Below, piece by piece: positions 8,690 through 17,798 of a stretch of 38,687 bases of DNA. The notes beneath the pieces were generated by a model. That model had not been told where the DNA came from and did not search any database. It worked only from the letters and a program-made list of their open reading frames with translations. Positions within the stretch are counted from its first letter, which is position 1, and every line of letters starts with the position of its first letter. The DNA comes from Oscillospiraceae bacterium (GTDB lineage Bacteria; Bacillota; Clostridia; Oscillospirales; Ruminococcaceae): assembly GCA_017460285.1 (NCBI GenBank), contig JAFUBI010000132.1:1-38687 (forward strand), in the 5' to 3' direction. The translations under genes and the position numbers were made by a program.

Positions 8690-9670
8690 ATGGCAGAAGA
8701 AAAAGTCATTCTCAAAGTTGAGAATCTGAAGACCTATTTCGATGTCACGAAAGGCATCTTTTCCCCGAAACAGATCGTGAAAGCGGTCGATGATGTAAGT
8801 CTGGAAGTACTGGAAGGTGAGACCTTCGGACTGGTTGGAGAATCCGGATGCGGAAAATCCACGCTGGGAAGGACGATCGTCAAACTGTACGAGCCGGAGA
8901 GCGGCAAGATCTACTTTGACGGCAAGGATATCTCCAGCATCCATGGAGCTGAGCTGAAGGCTTTCCGCAAGGATGTACAGATGATCTTCCAGGATCCATA
9001 TGCTTCCCTTAACCCGAGAATGACAGTCGGCGAGATCATAAAAGAGCCGATGGTCATACATAAAATATTCGACACAGATCAAGAGAGAGAAGATCGTGTG
9101 GTGGAACTTCTGAAGATCGTCGGTCTGAAACCGGACCACATCCGCAGATATCCCAGCGAATTCTCCGGCGGTCAGAGACAGAGGATCGGGATCGCGAGGG
9201 CATTGGCAGTCAATCCCAAGTTCATCGTGTGTGATGAGCCGATCTCCGCATTGGACGTTTCGATCCAGGCACAGATCATCAACCTTCTGGAAAACATACA
9301 GAAGGAAATGAAGATCTCTTATCTGTTTATCGCCCACGACATCAGTATGGTAAAGCACATTTCAGACCACATCGGTGTCATGTATCTGGGTCACATCGTG
9401 GAAAGCGGACCCGCTGCGGATGTCTACCGCAGACCGCTCCACCCCTACACTTCAGCGCTTTTGTCGGCGATCCCGATCTCGGACCCGAACATTGCGAAGG
9501 CGAAACAAAGGATCATCCTTGAGGGAGAGATACCGTCGCCTATCAATCCTCCTGCAGGATGCCCCTTCGCAACCAGGTGCCCCAAAGCAACGGAACGCTG
9601 CACCAGAGAGAAACCGGAACCGATCATGGTGGGAACCCGCCAGGTGTCCTGTTTCTTATATGAAAAATAA
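8690..9670 (+). CDS. Oligopeptide ABC transporter ATP-binding protein (OppF type)
   Basis: 326 aa. Walker [10 protein letters not shown], signature FSGGQRQR, Walker [12 protein letters not shown]. The C-terminal extension carries four Cys. Confidence 0.9.
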   Translation: MAEEKVILKVENLKTYFDVTKGIFSPKQIVKAVDDVSLEVLEGETFGLVGESGCGKSTLGRTIVKLYEPESGKIYFDGKDISSIHGAELKAFRKDVQMIFQDPYASLNPRMTVGEIIKEPMVIHKIFDTDQEREDRVVELLKIVGLKPDHIRRYPSEFSGGQRQRIGIARALAVNPKFIVCDEPISALDVSIQAQIINLLENIQKEMKISYLFIAHDISMVKHISDHIGVMYLGHIVESGPAADVYRRPLHPYTSALLSAIPISDPNIAKAKQRIILEGEIPSPINPPAGCPFATRCPKATERCTREKPEPIMVGTRQVSCFLYEK

Positions 9671-9706
9671 GCGAATTATCCATTTTGGATAGAAAGGAAA
9701 ACAAAA

Positions 9707-11365
9707 ATGAAAAGAAGTAAGAAATTCATGGCTCTGCTTTTAGCGCTTGTCCTCGTCTTCTCGTTAGCGGCATGCGGCTCTCAAGGCGGAGAAACTCCTA
9801 CCGGCGGCGGTACGGATACCCCGTCCGGCGGTGGTGACACACCAGCCACGGCAACCAAGACAGAGTTCGTTTACGCACTCGGCGGCTCTCCCAACTATTT
9901 GGATCCTGCCATTGCTTCCGACTCTATCGGTTCCTATGTACTGAACCAGATCTACCTCCCTCTGTTCATCCTTGGAGATGGCGGCGCAGTTCTCAATGCA
10001 GCGTGCAAAGACTACACCGTTGATGAGGACGGTCTGGTCTACACCTTCACCCTCAATGACACTTATTGGTCCGACGGCCAGAAGGTCACTGCAGAGGACT
10101 TCGTATACGGTGTAAAACACGCCCTCGCTTTCGGCTCTGTTGATGCACAGTATCTGACCTTCGTCACCGACTTCGTAGCAGGTTCTCCTGAACTCGACGG
10201 TGCGAAGATCGCGGATATGGATGGTCTCGGCGTTGTCGCTCTTGACGATTCCACCCTGCAGATCACTCTGTATCAGCCCTGCGAGTACTTCCTGTCACTG
10301 CTTTGCTCCGGCGTTTACTTCCCGCTGAGAAGCGATGTTGCTCCGGAAGGTGACTACACCTGGGCAGATGATCCGAATGCTCCGACAAACGGATACTTCC
10401 ATCCGACATCCATCGACCGTGCTGACAGAGTCGTTATGGACCGCAACACCTATAACGAGTCCGACAAAGTCTCCCTCGAGAGATTGACAGCAAGAGTCAT
10501 GGAAGATATGGATGCCGAGATCATGGCATTCCGTACTGGCGAGATCGACTATGCAACTTCTGTTGAAGCTCCTGTAGCTGTCTCCATGTTCGGCGGCACC
10601 GATTCCCTCGACATCTATGATTCCACCATCAACTACTATGTACAGTTCAACAGTGTAATGGCTCCGAATCCGGTCCTCGCAGATGTCAATGTCCGTAGGG
10701 CATTCATGCTCGCGATCAACCGTGAGGAACTTGTTGAAGCACTTGACGCAGGCGACGCATACTATCCGCTGTACGGCTTCGTACCGAATGGACTTTCCAG
10801 CCCGACAGAAGGCGACTTCCGCGATGCAGGCGGTGACTACTGCGGCTATGATCCGGATGCTGCCAAAGAGCTCCTGAAGGATTATCCGGACGGTGTAACG
10901 ATCGAGTACTACTACAACCAGAACAACATGCACGACACAGTAGCAAGCGTCATGAAACGTCAGCTTGCAGAAGTCGGCATCACTCTTGACCTGAAGACCG
11001 CTGACGTCCGTGTATTCTTTGATGACAGAGATACCCAGGGCAACTACGAAGCAGCCAGAGGCGCTATGAGTGCTGACTATATGGATTCCATGACCTATCT
11101 GGCAATGGGACTTTCCACATGGCAGGCAGGTTACACATGGGGCGACGCCACCTATGATCAGATGATCGCTGAAGCGAACACCTTCACAGGTCAGGAGCGT
11201 CTGACAAAACTCCATGAAGCAGAGAAATACCTGGTAGAGACTCAGGGTTATGTTTGCCCGCTGTTCGGCTACAAGACCGTATGCTTGAAGAACCCCAACA
11301 GCACAGGTTATATCAACAACCCGCAGGGCAACTCCTTCTTCTACTTCGTATCTTTCAACGGCTGA
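9707..11365 (+). CDS. Family-5 peptide-binding lipoprotein (ABC substrate-binding protein)
   Basis: 552 aa. Signal peptide with lipobox LSLAAC at the N-terminus, followed by a Gly/Thr/Pro-rich linker. Its size and its position next to the opp-type permeases and ATPases fit this call. Confidence 0.85.
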   Translation: MKRSKKFMALLLALVLVFSLAACGSQGGETPTGGGTDTPSGGGDTPATATKTEFVYALGGSPNYLDPAIASDSIGSYVLNQIYLPLFILGDGGAVLNAACKDYTVDEDGLVYTFTLNDTYWSDGQKVTAEDFVYGVKHALAFGSVDAQYLTFVTDFVAGSPELDGAKIADMDGLGVVALDDSTLQITLYQPCEYFLSLLCSGVYFPLRSDVAPEGDYTWADDPNAPTNGYFHPTSIDRADRVVMDRNTYNESDKVSLERLTARVMEDMDAEIMAFRTGEIDYATSVEAPVAVSMFGGTDSLDIYDSTINYYVQFNSVMAPNPVLADVNVRRAFMLAINREELVEALDAGDAYYPLYGFVPNGLSSPTEGDFRDAGGDYCGYDPDAAKELLKDYPDGVTIEYYYNQNNMHDTVASVMKRQLAEVGITLDLKTADVRVFFDDRDTQGNYEAARGAMSADYMDSMTYLAMGLSTWQAGYTWGDATYDQMIAEANTFTGQERLTKLHEAEKYLVETQGYVCPLFGYKTVCLKNPNSTGYINNPQGNSFFYFVSFNG

Positions 11366-11393
11366 TCCGTTAGAAACACAGTGTTAACGATAT

Positions 11394-11415
11394 GGGGAGC
11401 CGGAAACGGCTCCCC
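11394..11415 (+). other. GC-rich stem-loop after the binding-protein gene (intra-operon attenuator or mRNA stabiliser)
   Basis: ggggagccg / gaaa / cggctcccc: a perfect 9-bp stem with a GAAA tetraloop. There is no U-tract on either strand. Confidence 0.55.
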
Positions 11416-11494
11416 AAATATCCTGAAAAAACAAATCAACAGGGCGGTCGGATAGGCGCCGGCTCTCATCCTCTCAACAGGAGAAGACTTGTAA

Positions 11495-12685
11495 ATGGAA
11501 TTGAACAAAGATAAACTGCCGATCATCTTTGAGGCAATGAATAAGAATGATGCAGACGCATGGATCATCATGGGTAGGGAGACGATCATGAAATCGGAAC
11601 CGGTCCTGCCGGTTCTGGGTGACCTTAGTTTCATAATTGCCACCACCCTTGTTTTTACAAGGGATAAATGCATCGCAATAGTATCCCCTCTGGATGTGGA
11701 AGCGTACAAGACGATCGAAGGGATCGATGAAGTCCGGGAGTATCCCGGAACGATGGAGGACACCATCTACGAGGTGTTGTCCGAATTGGGTGTCAAACGG
11801 TTGGCGTTGAACATCAGCAGTTCCGATTCGGCTGCGGATGGACTGACCGTTGGAATGTACCGAAGACTTCAGCGAGTTCTTGACCGCCTTGAGACGAAGC
11901 CGGAAGTGATCTCTGCTTTTCCGATCATCTCCGAAGTCAGAGGGAGAAAAACAGCTTCCCAGATCGAACTGATCCGGGATTGCGTGGTCCAGGCGGACAA
12001 GTATCTCAGAAGTTTGCCGGAAGTATGCCACGAAGGGATGACTTCCCTGGAAGTGTTCAATTATCTACAGGAAGTCGCCTTCCGTGATGGGTACACCATG
12101 TCCTGGGCAGAATCTCAATGCCCTAGTGTCAGTTGCGACCCCAATGTTCCTCAGGGACATTCCGGACTCACGGATACTCCTCTTGTAAAGGGTTGCACGG
12201 TAAACATCGATTACGGTGTGAAGAAGAACGGCTATTGTTCGGACCTTCAGAGAATGTACTATGTTCTGAAGGATGACGAAGAGGATGCCCCAGAGGAAGT
12301 CAAAAAGGCGTTCTATCTGGTGAGAGACGCGATCGATGCTGCGAGAAGGTTCATGATGCCCGGCGTCACGGGTTTTCGGGTGGATCAGATCGCGAGACAT
12401 ATGATCGTGGACGAGGGGTTTGATTCCTGGAATGCGGCCCTTGGTCATCAGGTAGGTCATGTGACTCACGATGGAGGGACGATCCTTGCGAACCGCAGAC
12501 CGAGATACAACAAGCCTGAACTAATCGATACCCCACTGCAGGTGGGGAATGTCTTCACGATCGAGCCCGGTATCGAGATCCCGCAGGGGAGGATCGGCAT
12601 CGAGGAAGACGTAGTACTTACGGAACAGGGAGCGGAGTTCCTCTGCCCAAGGCAGGAAGAACTCATTTTGATACGGCTACAATAA
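11495..12685 (+). CDS. M24-family Xaa-Pro dipeptidase-like peptidase (paralogue B of 4607-5800)
   Basis: 396 aa with an AGGAGA RBS. It is collinear with paralogue A and shares the blocks QRMYYxLKDDEEDAPxE and PRYNKPELIDTP. The metal-ligand contexts are conserved. Confidence 0.9.
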   Translation: MELNKDKLPIIFEAMNKNDADAWIIMGRETIMKSEPVLPVLGDLSFIIATTLVFTRDKCIAIVSPLDVEAYKTIEGIDEVREYPGTMEDTIYEVLSELGVKRLALNISSSDSAADGLTVGMYRRLQRVLDRLETKPEVISAFPIISEVRGRKTASQIELIRDCVVQADKYLRSLPEVCHEGMTSLEVFNYLQEVAFRDGYTMSWAESQCPSVSCDPNVPQGHSGLTDTPLVKGCTVNIDYGVKKNGYCSDLQRMYYVLKDDEEDAPEEVKKAFYLVRDAIDAARRFMMPGVTGFRVDQIARHMIVDEGFDSWNAALGHQVGHVTHDGGTILANRRPRYNKPELIDTPLQVGNVFTIEPGIEIPQGRIGIEEDVVLTEQGAEFLCPRQEELILIRLQ

Positions 12686-12702
12686 GCGAATAGGAGATGT
12701 AA

Positions 12703-14136
12703 ATGGAATTTGATGTAACGAAACCGCATTGTCACTACTTTTATGAATTGACCCGCATTCCGCACGGTTCCTACAACGAAAAGGAACTTTCGGACTGGCT
12801 CGTAGCATTTGCGAATGAGCGCGGTCTGAGATCTGTGCAGGACGAGATGGGAAATGTTGTCATTTACAAACCAGCGTCTGCAGGTTGTGAGAACAGCGCA
12901 CCCCTTCTTCTTCAGGCACATATGGATATGGTCTGTGAGGCGAACAAGGGAACGGATCACGATTTCGAGAAGGATCCGCTGGACCTGGAGGTCGTGGACG
13001 GCTGGCTTACCGCAAAGGGTACGACGCTGGGAGCAGATGACGGGACCGGAGTTGCCTATATGCTTTCGATCCTTGACGACCCGGATCTTCCTCATCCTCC
13101 TCTGGAGTGCTGCTTTACCGTGCAGGAGGAGATCGGACTGTGCGGAGCTTTGAATCTGAAGCCGGAATACTTCCAGTCCAAACGAATGGTCTGCCTGGAT
13201 GGAGGCGGAGAAGTCAGTACCTGCACCACCTCTGCCGGAGGCACGAGGGTGGATTCCACCTTTGTCGGGACGGTCGTGTCCAACAGTGACCCCTGCTACC
13301 AGATATCAGTAGGAGGATTGGCGGGCGGACATTCCGGCGGGGAGATCCACATGGAGAAAGGAAATTCCATCGTGACGGCTGTTCGTTTCCTGAAAGAGAT
13401 GATGGTGGCCGGTGTCGATGTTGAACTCGTCAGCATCAATGGGGGACTGAAAGACAACGCGATCCCGAGAGAATGTGACGTGGTATTTGCCAGCGCAACG
13501 GATCCGGAACTGATCCGGAAAGCTTTCTGCGGAACAGAGGCATCCGTTCGAGAGGAACTGGAGTTTTCGGACAGCGGATTCAAGGCCTCCTGTGAAGCAG
13601 TGGATGTGGCGGAAAAGAAGTTTGACGCGGATAGCACAGCGAGACTGGTGAACTATCTGTACCTCGCGCCGAACGGATTCCAGCACAGATCTATGGCGAT
13701 CCCGGGACTGACAGTCGTATCCTTGAATCTTGGTATCATCCGGACGGAGGGGGATACCGTGAAGTCTACCCACTCTCTGAGAAGCGCTCTCAAGAGCGGC
13801 ATACCGGATCTCGTCAACAAGATCCGCACGCTTGCGGACCTGTTCGGGGCTGAGATCACACTGAAGGCAGCCTATCCGGGATGGAACTATTCTCCAGTGT
13901 CGGATATGCGGGACAAACTTGCCGCAGTTCTGAAGAGAGTGGACAACGCGGAGTTGAAATGTGAGGCGACACACGGCGGAAACGAGTGCGGTGTCTTCAA
14001 TTCTCTCGGCGTTGAGGATATAATCACTTATGGGCCCATTGCCCAATTCATCCACACACCGGATGAGCGCCTGGATCTTGCGTCTTTCGACCGTTCCTTT
14101 GCAGTGCTCACCGAATTGGTAAAGGAGTGTATTTGA
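12703..14136 (+). CDS. pepD: Aminoacyl-histidine (Xaa-His) dipeptidase, M20C
   Basis: 477 aa. Motifs: LQAHMDMVCE, GADDGTGVA, FTVQEEIGLCGA and the C-terminal FIHTPDERL, as in PepD. Confidence 0.9.
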   Translation: MEFDVTKPHCHYFYELTRIPHGSYNEKELSDWLVAFANERGLRSVQDEMGNVVIYKPASAGCENSAPLLLQAHMDMVCEANKGTDHDFEKDPLDLEVVDGWLTAKGTTLGADDGTGVAYMLSILDDPDLPHPPLECCFTVQEEIGLCGALNLKPEYFQSKRMVCLDGGGEVSTCTTSAGGTRVDSTFVGTVVSNSDPCYQISVGGLAGGHSGGEIHMEKGNSIVTAVRFLKEMMVAGVDVELVSINGGLKDNAIPRECDVVFASATDPELIRKAFCGTEASVREELEFSDSGFKASCEAVDVAEKKFDADSTARLVNYLYLAPNGFQHRSMAIPGLTVVSLNLGIIRTEGDTVKSTHSLRSALKSGIPDLVNKIRTLADLFGAEITLKAAYPGWNYSPVSDMRDKLAAVLKRVDNAELKCEATHGGNECGVFNSLGVEDIITYGPIAQFIHTPDERLDLASFDRSFAVLTELVKECI

Positions 14137-14138
14137 AA

Positions 14139-14720
14139 ATGGCTAAGAAAGTGATCGTCTTATCTGGAGCAAGTTCTGTAGGAAAAGGAAAGATCAAACA
14201 ACTTCTTCTGCAGGACAAGGAATTGGATCTCAGGTCCGTTATCTCGATGACCACCCGTCCCAAAAAGGAGAACGAGGTCGACGGTAATGACTATTACTTT
14301 GTGGATTATACCTATTTCGCAAAGGCTGTGAAGGACAAAGCGCTCTATGAGTACACCGAGTTCAACGGATACTATTACGGCACGCTGAAATCCGAGATCG
14401 ATTTCTGGCTCAAGCAGGGGAAGAATATTCTTGTTGAGGTGGAAGCACAGGGCGTCGGTCCTCTTAAACTCAACATCCCTGAGGCGGTCTGCTTCTTTGT
14501 CGTACCAACCAGCATGGAAGAGTTGGAGAAACTCATTCATGAGAAATACAACGATGACGCCGCATCGGAGAGGATGCGCATCAACAAAGCAAAAATGGAG
14601 ATGGAGATCGCTCCATTGTTCAACAACCAGATCACGAATGACAGCCCGGAAAGGGCCTACGAAGAGATAAAAGAGATCACCCTGAGAGAATGGGCGAAAT
14701 TGGAGGAAGATGAGAAATGA
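14139..14720 (+). CDS. Divergent guanylate-kinase-like protein
   Basis: Start taken at ATG 14139 (MAKKVIVLSG, AAGGAG RBS). It is collinear by eye with Bacillus Gmk (IVLSGASSVGKG, SMTTRPKKENEVDGNDYYF, GYYYGT, LVEVEAQG). The LID RxxRGT region reads HEKYNDD. Confidence 0.75.
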   Translation: MAKKVIVLSGASSVGKGKIKQLLLQDKELDLRSVISMTTRPKKENEVDGNDYYFVDYTYFAKAVKDKALYEYTEFNGYYYGTLKSEIDFWLKQGKNILVEVEAQGVGPLKLNIPEAVCFFVVPTSMEELEKLIHEKYNDDAASERMRINKAKMEMEIAPLFNNQITNDSPERAYEEIKEITLREWAKLEEDEK

Positions 14721-16045
14721 TATCTAGAGGAGATTTTCTGGTAAAAGAATCTATACATGCAGATGAATTAAAAACAAAGATCCTGTCCTACAGAGACCGG
14801 GAAAGAGTTATGGATGGATGGCTCAAACTTCGGTTTGAGAAAGTTCTGCCCATGGTGATGAAGCGCACCGGGATCGATTCCTGGGTCGTTGCGTGCCACG
14901 AGTACAATGAGGACCCCGTATTGAAGACACTGACCCCATGCGCCATGTTTACCGCACGCAGGTTGACGATCCTCCTCTTCGTCCTGAAGGGCGATGAGGT
15001 CAAGCGCTATTCCATCACGCGTCCGGGCGTAGGGCTGGATGATTTCTACGAGGCGAGTTGGATCAATCAGAAGAATTCCATGTGGTGCACAGATCCGGAA
15101 AAGGCGGAGACACAGTTTGAATGTCTCGCCCGTCTTCTGAGAGAGAACGATGTCCAGAAGATCGGCTTGAACATGTCCACCGATTTCGCATTTGCGGACG
15201 GATTGTCCAAGACTCTCTACGATGAGATGGTAGCCGACTTTGATGACGACCTCATGAGCAAGATCGTCTCCGCAGAGGAGATCTGCGTCGGCTGGCTGGA
15301 AACAAGGACCGAGCCGGAGATGGAAGCTTACAACGGCATCATGCAGATCGCCCATGGCATCATCGATGAGGCTTTCTCATCCCGTGTCGTCATCCCCGGT
15401 GTCACCACCAACAGGGACGTCAAATATTTCATGCTTCAGAAGGTGATCGATCTGGGTCTGGAATCCTGGTTCGATTTCGAGGTCTCCATCATTCGCAAAG
15501 GTGTGGGTAATACGGACAAGGAGGATATCATCCATCAGGGCGATATGCTTCACTGCGACGTCGGTCTCCGCTATCTCGGTCTCTGCACCGATACGCAGGA
15601 GAACGCCTATGTCCTCAAATATGGCGAGACAGATGCTCCGGACTGCCTGAAGAAGGTCATGAAGGATACTAACCGTTTCCAGGATATCGTCATCTCCAAC
15701 TACAAGGTGGGACGCAACGGAAACGAAGTTCTCGCTCTGTCCCTCGCACAGGCAAAAGAGGAAGGGCTCAACGCTTCTCTGTATACACACCCCATCGGAT
15801 ACCACGGTCACGCTGCCGGTCCGACGATCGGACTCTTCGACCAGCAGCAGGGTGTCAAGGGAAGGAACGGAACGTATCCTCTCTATGACAACACAGCGTA
15901 TTCTCTTGAGTTGAACTGCAGTTTCAAGGTCGAGGAGTGGGGCAACACCTCCTTCTATCTCGGACTTGAGACAGATATCCTTTTCCAGGACGGCAAGGTA
16001 TACTATCTCGCCGGTCGCCAGGAAAACTTCCACCTGATTGGATAA
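14717..16045 (+). CDS. M24-family metallopeptidase-like protein (distinct subfamily with a long N-terminal domain)
   Basis: 442 aa. Its ATG overlaps the upstream stop (ATGA). Motifs: HCDVGLRYLGLCTDTQ (Asp, Asp), THPIGYHGHAAGP (His), SLELNC (Glu), GLETDILF (Glu). Confidence 0.8.
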   Translation: MISRGDFLVKESIHADELKTKILSYRDRERVMDGWLKLRFEKVLPMVMKRTGIDSWVVACHEYNEDPVLKTLTPCAMFTARRLTILLFVLKGDEVKRYSITRPGVGLDDFYEASWINQKNSMWCTDPEKAETQFECLARLLRENDVQKIGLNMSTDFAFADGLSKTLYDEMVADFDDDLMSKIVSAEEICVGWLETRTEPEMEAYNGIMQIAHGIIDEAFSSRVVIPGVTTNRDVKYFMLQKVIDLGLESWFDFEVSIIRKGVGNTDKEDIIHQGDMLHCDVGLRYLGLCTDTQENAYVLKYGETDAPDCLKKVMKDTNRFQDIVISNYKVGRNGNEVLALSLAQAKEEGLNASLYTHPIGYHGHAAGPTIGLFDQQQGVKGRNGTYPLYDNTAYSLELNCSFKVEEWGNTSFYLGLETDILFQDGKVYYLAGRQENFHLIG

Positions 16046-16067
16046 CAGAAAGAAAAAATAGAATAAT

Positions 16068-16122
16068 GGCAGGTGTCTGTGCAGATTGACAGTTTGCGGA
16101 TCTGCGCATTCCCTGCCTTTTT
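16068..16122 (+). terminator. Compound hairpin with a T-run after the M24-like gene
   Basis: Outer stem ggcagg (16068-16073) / cctgcc (16112-16117) and inner stem gcagat (16081-16086) / atctgc (16100-16105), followed by ttttt. Confidence 0.55.
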
Positions 16123-16131
16123 CATGCGTTT

Positions 16132-17298
16132 ATGAAATCATCGATATTACGGATCAATATATTTGTATTTTTATACAGTTTAGCCGCCAACTTCGTTCAC
16201 CCGGTCACGCCCACGTTTATCAAAATGCTTGGGTTGCACGATTACATGTTCGGCCTCGCCTTCGGGATGATGTCCCTGGCGAACTTCCTGTTTTCACCTT
16301 TTTGGGGAAAGATGTCTGAGAGGCTTGGACCTGCTCGCGTCATCTCCTTCTCCCTGATCGGCTACAGCATCATGCAGCTATTCTTTGGAATGGCAACTCA
16401 GGAGTGGCAGATCTGCGCGGTCCGGTTCATCGGAGGATTCTTCATCAGCGCGATCTCGGTCGCTCAGATCCTGTTCGTCATGCAGAACTCGGATCAGCCC
16501 GGAAAAGACCTTGCCCTGATGACGATGAACAACACGGTCGTGTCCCAGTTCGGTTTTCTCATCGGCGGCTTTATCGGAGACATCAGCGTGAAACTCACGT
16601 GTTTCGTTCAGGCTGCCTGTCTGGCGGCGATCGGTGTCTACGTGTTCTTCGCCCTACACGACAAAGAGCGGAAACAGACTGCTTTCTCCGTAAAGGATAT
16701 CAACCCGTTTGCGGATTTCGCAGCAGCCAGGGACGTGCTGAACACATACACATCGCTGTTTTTGGCTATCGCTGCGATGTCATCCCTGGGGGCTACCTGC
16801 TATGAGCAGTGTTTTAATTATTACATCAAGGATGTGTTCGGATTTCCCAGTTCGTATAATGGTATCGTGAAGGCGATCATCGGGTTCGTGTGCCTGGGAC
16901 TGAACTACCTCGTAGCCCTGAAGATCATCCGCAGGGGAAGAAGCGACTTTTCGATCATTTGGGTCTTCGCCCTCCTGATCCTTCTGATGCTAGGCGTCAT
17001 AGGGATCGAAGTTCTGATCCCCTTCCTGATCGTGAACATCCTCTTCTTCGGCGTCAACTCCATCGTCAAGACAGTCACACACAATATGATCGTGGAGCAC
17101 ACCGGGGAAAAGGAAGCGGAGACAGCCGGTCTTTACAATGCGATCTCCATGCTGGGAAACGTGGCAGGTTCTTTCTTGGCGGGATTCGTCTATGAGATCG
17201 GACCCAAGACATCATTTGTAGTCAGCGCTGCGGCGATGGCATGCTGCCTGATCCTGTCGATCGCGCACTTGAACGTAGGAAAAAAACAAAGGAGATGA
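16132..17298 (+). CDS. MFS transporter
   Basis: 388 aa and hydrophobic throughout, with about 12 predicted TM segments by eye. The loop FSPFWGKMSERLG resembles MFS motif A. No obvious RBS, so the start is uncertain. Confidence 0.8.
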   Translation: MKSSILRINIFVFLYSLAANFVHPVTPTFIKMLGLHDYMFGLAFGMMSLANFLFSPFWGKMSERLGPARVISFSLIGYSIMQLFFGMATQEWQICAVRFIGGFFISAISVAQILFVMQNSDQPGKDLALMTMNNTVVSQFGFLIGGFIGDISVKLTCFVQAACLAAIGVYVFFALHDKERKQTAFSVKDINPFADFAAARDVLNTYTSLFLAIAAMSSLGATCYEQCFNYYIKDVFGFPSSYNGIVKAIIGFVCLGLNYLVALKIIRRGRSDFSIIWVFALLILLMLGVIGIEVLIPFLIVNILFFGVNSIVKTVTHNMIVEHTGEKEAETAGLYNAISMLGNVAGSFLAGFVYEIGPKTSFVVSAAAMACCLILSIAHLNVGKKQRR

Positions 17299-17303
17299 GA
17301 TAG

Positions 17304-17798
17304 ATGGAAATCAGAGATTTTTGTTCGAAACCGTTTGACCTCTTCAACAGGGGATGGGCTCTTGTCACTGCTGGCAATGAGGAGAGTTTCAACACGATGA
17401 CTGTGAGTTGGGGCTCCATGGGTACCCTGTGGAACAAGCCGATCATCACAGTCTATGTCAAGCCCATACGCTACACATCAGAGTTCCTGAAGCGGGAAGA
17501 GTTCTTTACCGTCAGCACCTATGGCAACGAATGCAAAAAGGCTTTGGCGCTGCTGGGGGATAAATCCGGAAGGGACTGCGATAAGGTGTCCGAGAGCGGT
17601 CTAACCCCTCTCTTTTTGGAAAACGGTGTGACCTTTGAGGAGGCGCAGTGCACATTTGTCTGCAAAAAGATCTATGCAGCGCCGTTCATTGCGGAGCTCG
17701 TTCCTGAGTTCGCACATGAAAAGTATTATACCGACGAAGAGGAGCACATCGTCTTCATCGGAGAAGTGACCGAGATCATAGGAGGAGAGAAAAAATGA
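17304..17798 (+). CDS. Flavin reductase-like domain protein
   Basis: 164 aa with an AAGGAG RBS. The FNTMTVSWGSMGTLWNKP motif is typical of the flavin reductase-like (FMN-binding split barrel) family. Confidence 0.8.
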   Translation: MEIRDFCSKPFDLFNRGWALVTAGNEESFNTMTVSWGSMGTLWNKPIITVYVKPIRYTSEFLKREEFFTVSTYGNECKKALALLGDKSGRDCDKVSESGLTPLFLENGVTFEEAQCTFVCKKIYAAPFIAELVPEFAHEKYYTDEEEHIVFIGEVTEIIGGEKK

